NCBI GenBank assembly: GCA_015069525.1
Contig: SVIK01000001.1
Location: 1-34,419, forward strand
Source of the DNA: Clostridiales bacterium
Lineage (GTDB): Bacteria > Bacillota > Clostridia > Christensenellales > Borkfalkiaceae
Direction: 5' to 3'
Length of the DNA: 34,419 nt
Position 1 is the stretch's first letter. Each line of letters begins with the position of its first letter. Positions 33,587-34,419 of this stretch are shown in pieces. The notes beneath the pieces were generated by a model. The model searched no databases, was not told where the DNA came from, and saw only the letters and a list, made by a program, of their open reading frames with translations. Position numbers and translations under genes: made by a program.

Positions 33587-33606
33587 TTTAGAAAAGGAGT
33601 GAATTT

Positions 33607-34419
33607 ATGAAAGAGCAAAAAAATTCGGCGTGGTACGCGCGTATTAACAAGAAAAAAATCGGCGCATTGCTTTTATCGGCATGCATGCTTGGCTCCTTCG
33701 TGGGTTGTTCTACCGGTTCTAATACGGAATCGCTTAACAGCACTTCCAACCCTTTCTATCAAGGAGCAGGGGAAACGAACGGCTCGTTAGGCGATTACGA
33801 AAATGGTAATCCCGTTGGCGGTTCTTCCTCCTCTGGCGGGAACGTGAGCGATTATGAAACGGAAGACGTGGTAAGCGGTACGACTACGGATAAGACGACG
33901 GAGGATTTTGAAACGGAAACGCCCAACATGGGGGACACCACGACTTCTACGGGCAAATGGGAAGACTACGTTGGCGACGAGGACGAAAGCGTATACTTGC
34001 AAACCAAGCTTAACGACGACCCGTATAGAACGCAAGGCGGTTATTCGTATTTCTACCACTATCAACACGGTCCTACGACGATGCCCATTTCGGCATGGTC
34101 GCCTCCGCCTCCCAATTTTGGTGACTTTACGACCAACCAAATCACGCTCGCTAACTATCAAAAGATGGCAGATGCAGGGTTTAATACGGCTTACGGTCTT
34201 TACGAAGTTTTAAGAGGTGTTGTTGACGTAGATAAACGGAACGTCACGAACGCATTGACGTATGCAGACCAAGTGGGTATGGTTTATTATGTAAAAGACA
34301 GCTCCGCTCTCGGTAATTTGTCGGATAACGGTTCTGTTGCTTTGGATAACTATTACAGTTGGTACATGAATCGAAAGGCATACGGCGGTACGTTGACGGA
34401 AGACGAACCTGGCATGGAG
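33607..34419 (+). CDS. Lipoprotein member of the uncharacterised TIM-barrel glycosidase-like family (paralog 4 of 4), 3' end cut by the window edge
   Basis: Not in the supplied ORF track because it has no stop. ATG 33607 lies 8 nt after AAGGAG (33593-33598) and the frame is open for 271 codons to 34419. Signal peptide with lipobox FVGC. About 110 aa of Ser/Thr/Gly/Glu/Asp-rich linker. Then family blocks MPISAWSPPPP, YQKMADAGFNTAYGLYE, ALTYADQVGMVYYVKD, LTEDEPG (DEP at 34402-34410). Confidence 0.8.
   Translation, partial: MKEQKNSAWYARINKKKIGALLLSACMLGSFVGCSTGSNTESLNSTSNPFYQGAGETNGSLGDYENGNPVGGSSSSGGNVSDYETEDVVSGTTTDKTTEDFETETPNMGDTTTSTGKWEDYVGDEDESVYLQTKLNDDPYRTQGGYSYFYHYQHGPTTMPISAWSPPPPNFGDFTTNQITLANYQKMADAGFNTAYGLYEVLRGVVDVDKRNVTNALTYADQVGMVYYVKDSSALGNLSDNGSVALDNYYSWYMNRKAYGGTLTEDEPGME

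Noticed and set aside
1-34419. A search by eye for tRNA/rRNA genes, CRISPR arrays, IS elements, integrases, prophage genes and toxin-antitoxin pairs.
   Set aside because: I found no T-loop/GGTTCGAATCC-type signatures and no regularly spaced direct repeats. I also found no transposase-like or recombinase-like ORFs and no terminal inverted repeats. Absence judged by eye is not proof; tRNAscan-SE, Infernal and ISfinder would be decisive.

Overview
This is a chromosomal segment of a Firmicutes/Clostridia-like bacterium, judged from AGGAG-type ribosome-binding sites, TTGACA-17-TATAAT promoters, hairpin plus T-tract terminators and lipoboxes. Core genes are the 3' part of tuf, a minus-strand XRE-cupin regulator plus potABCD operon, rpsT, murI, and the head of the dcw cluster (mraZ, rsmH, an ftsL-like gene, a class B PBP). 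The accessory content falls in three parts. (1) At 2.8-5.6 kb there is a CPBP protease, four 13-bp palindromes, an apparently orphan SAM-I-superfamily riboswitch with its own promoter and terminator, and a Schlafen/AlbA_2-type ATPase-wHTH gene. (2) At 7.2-8.3 kb there is a possibly leaderless TIGR04076 gene translationally coupled to an unknown two-domain protein. (3) From about 19.1 kb to the window end there is a Gram-positive polysaccharide-utilisation-like locus. It contains a GH127-like gene, a GH78-like gene, an AraC regulator and a carbohydrate ABC transporter (binding protein plus two permeases, no ATPase). The two permease genes are separated by a 1401-aa modular lectin-like surface protein. 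Interleaved with this locus, and also scattered elsewhere, are four paralogs (starting at 1376, 5649, 26017 and 33607) of an uncharacterised TIM-barrel-like family. They carry an invariant Asp-Glu-Pro motif and no obvious nucleophile. I consider this family, together with the surface protein and transporter, the best candidate for something undescribed. I recognised no rRNA, tRNA, CRISPR array, transposase or integrase. All functional calls rest on motif recognition by eye, not on searches.
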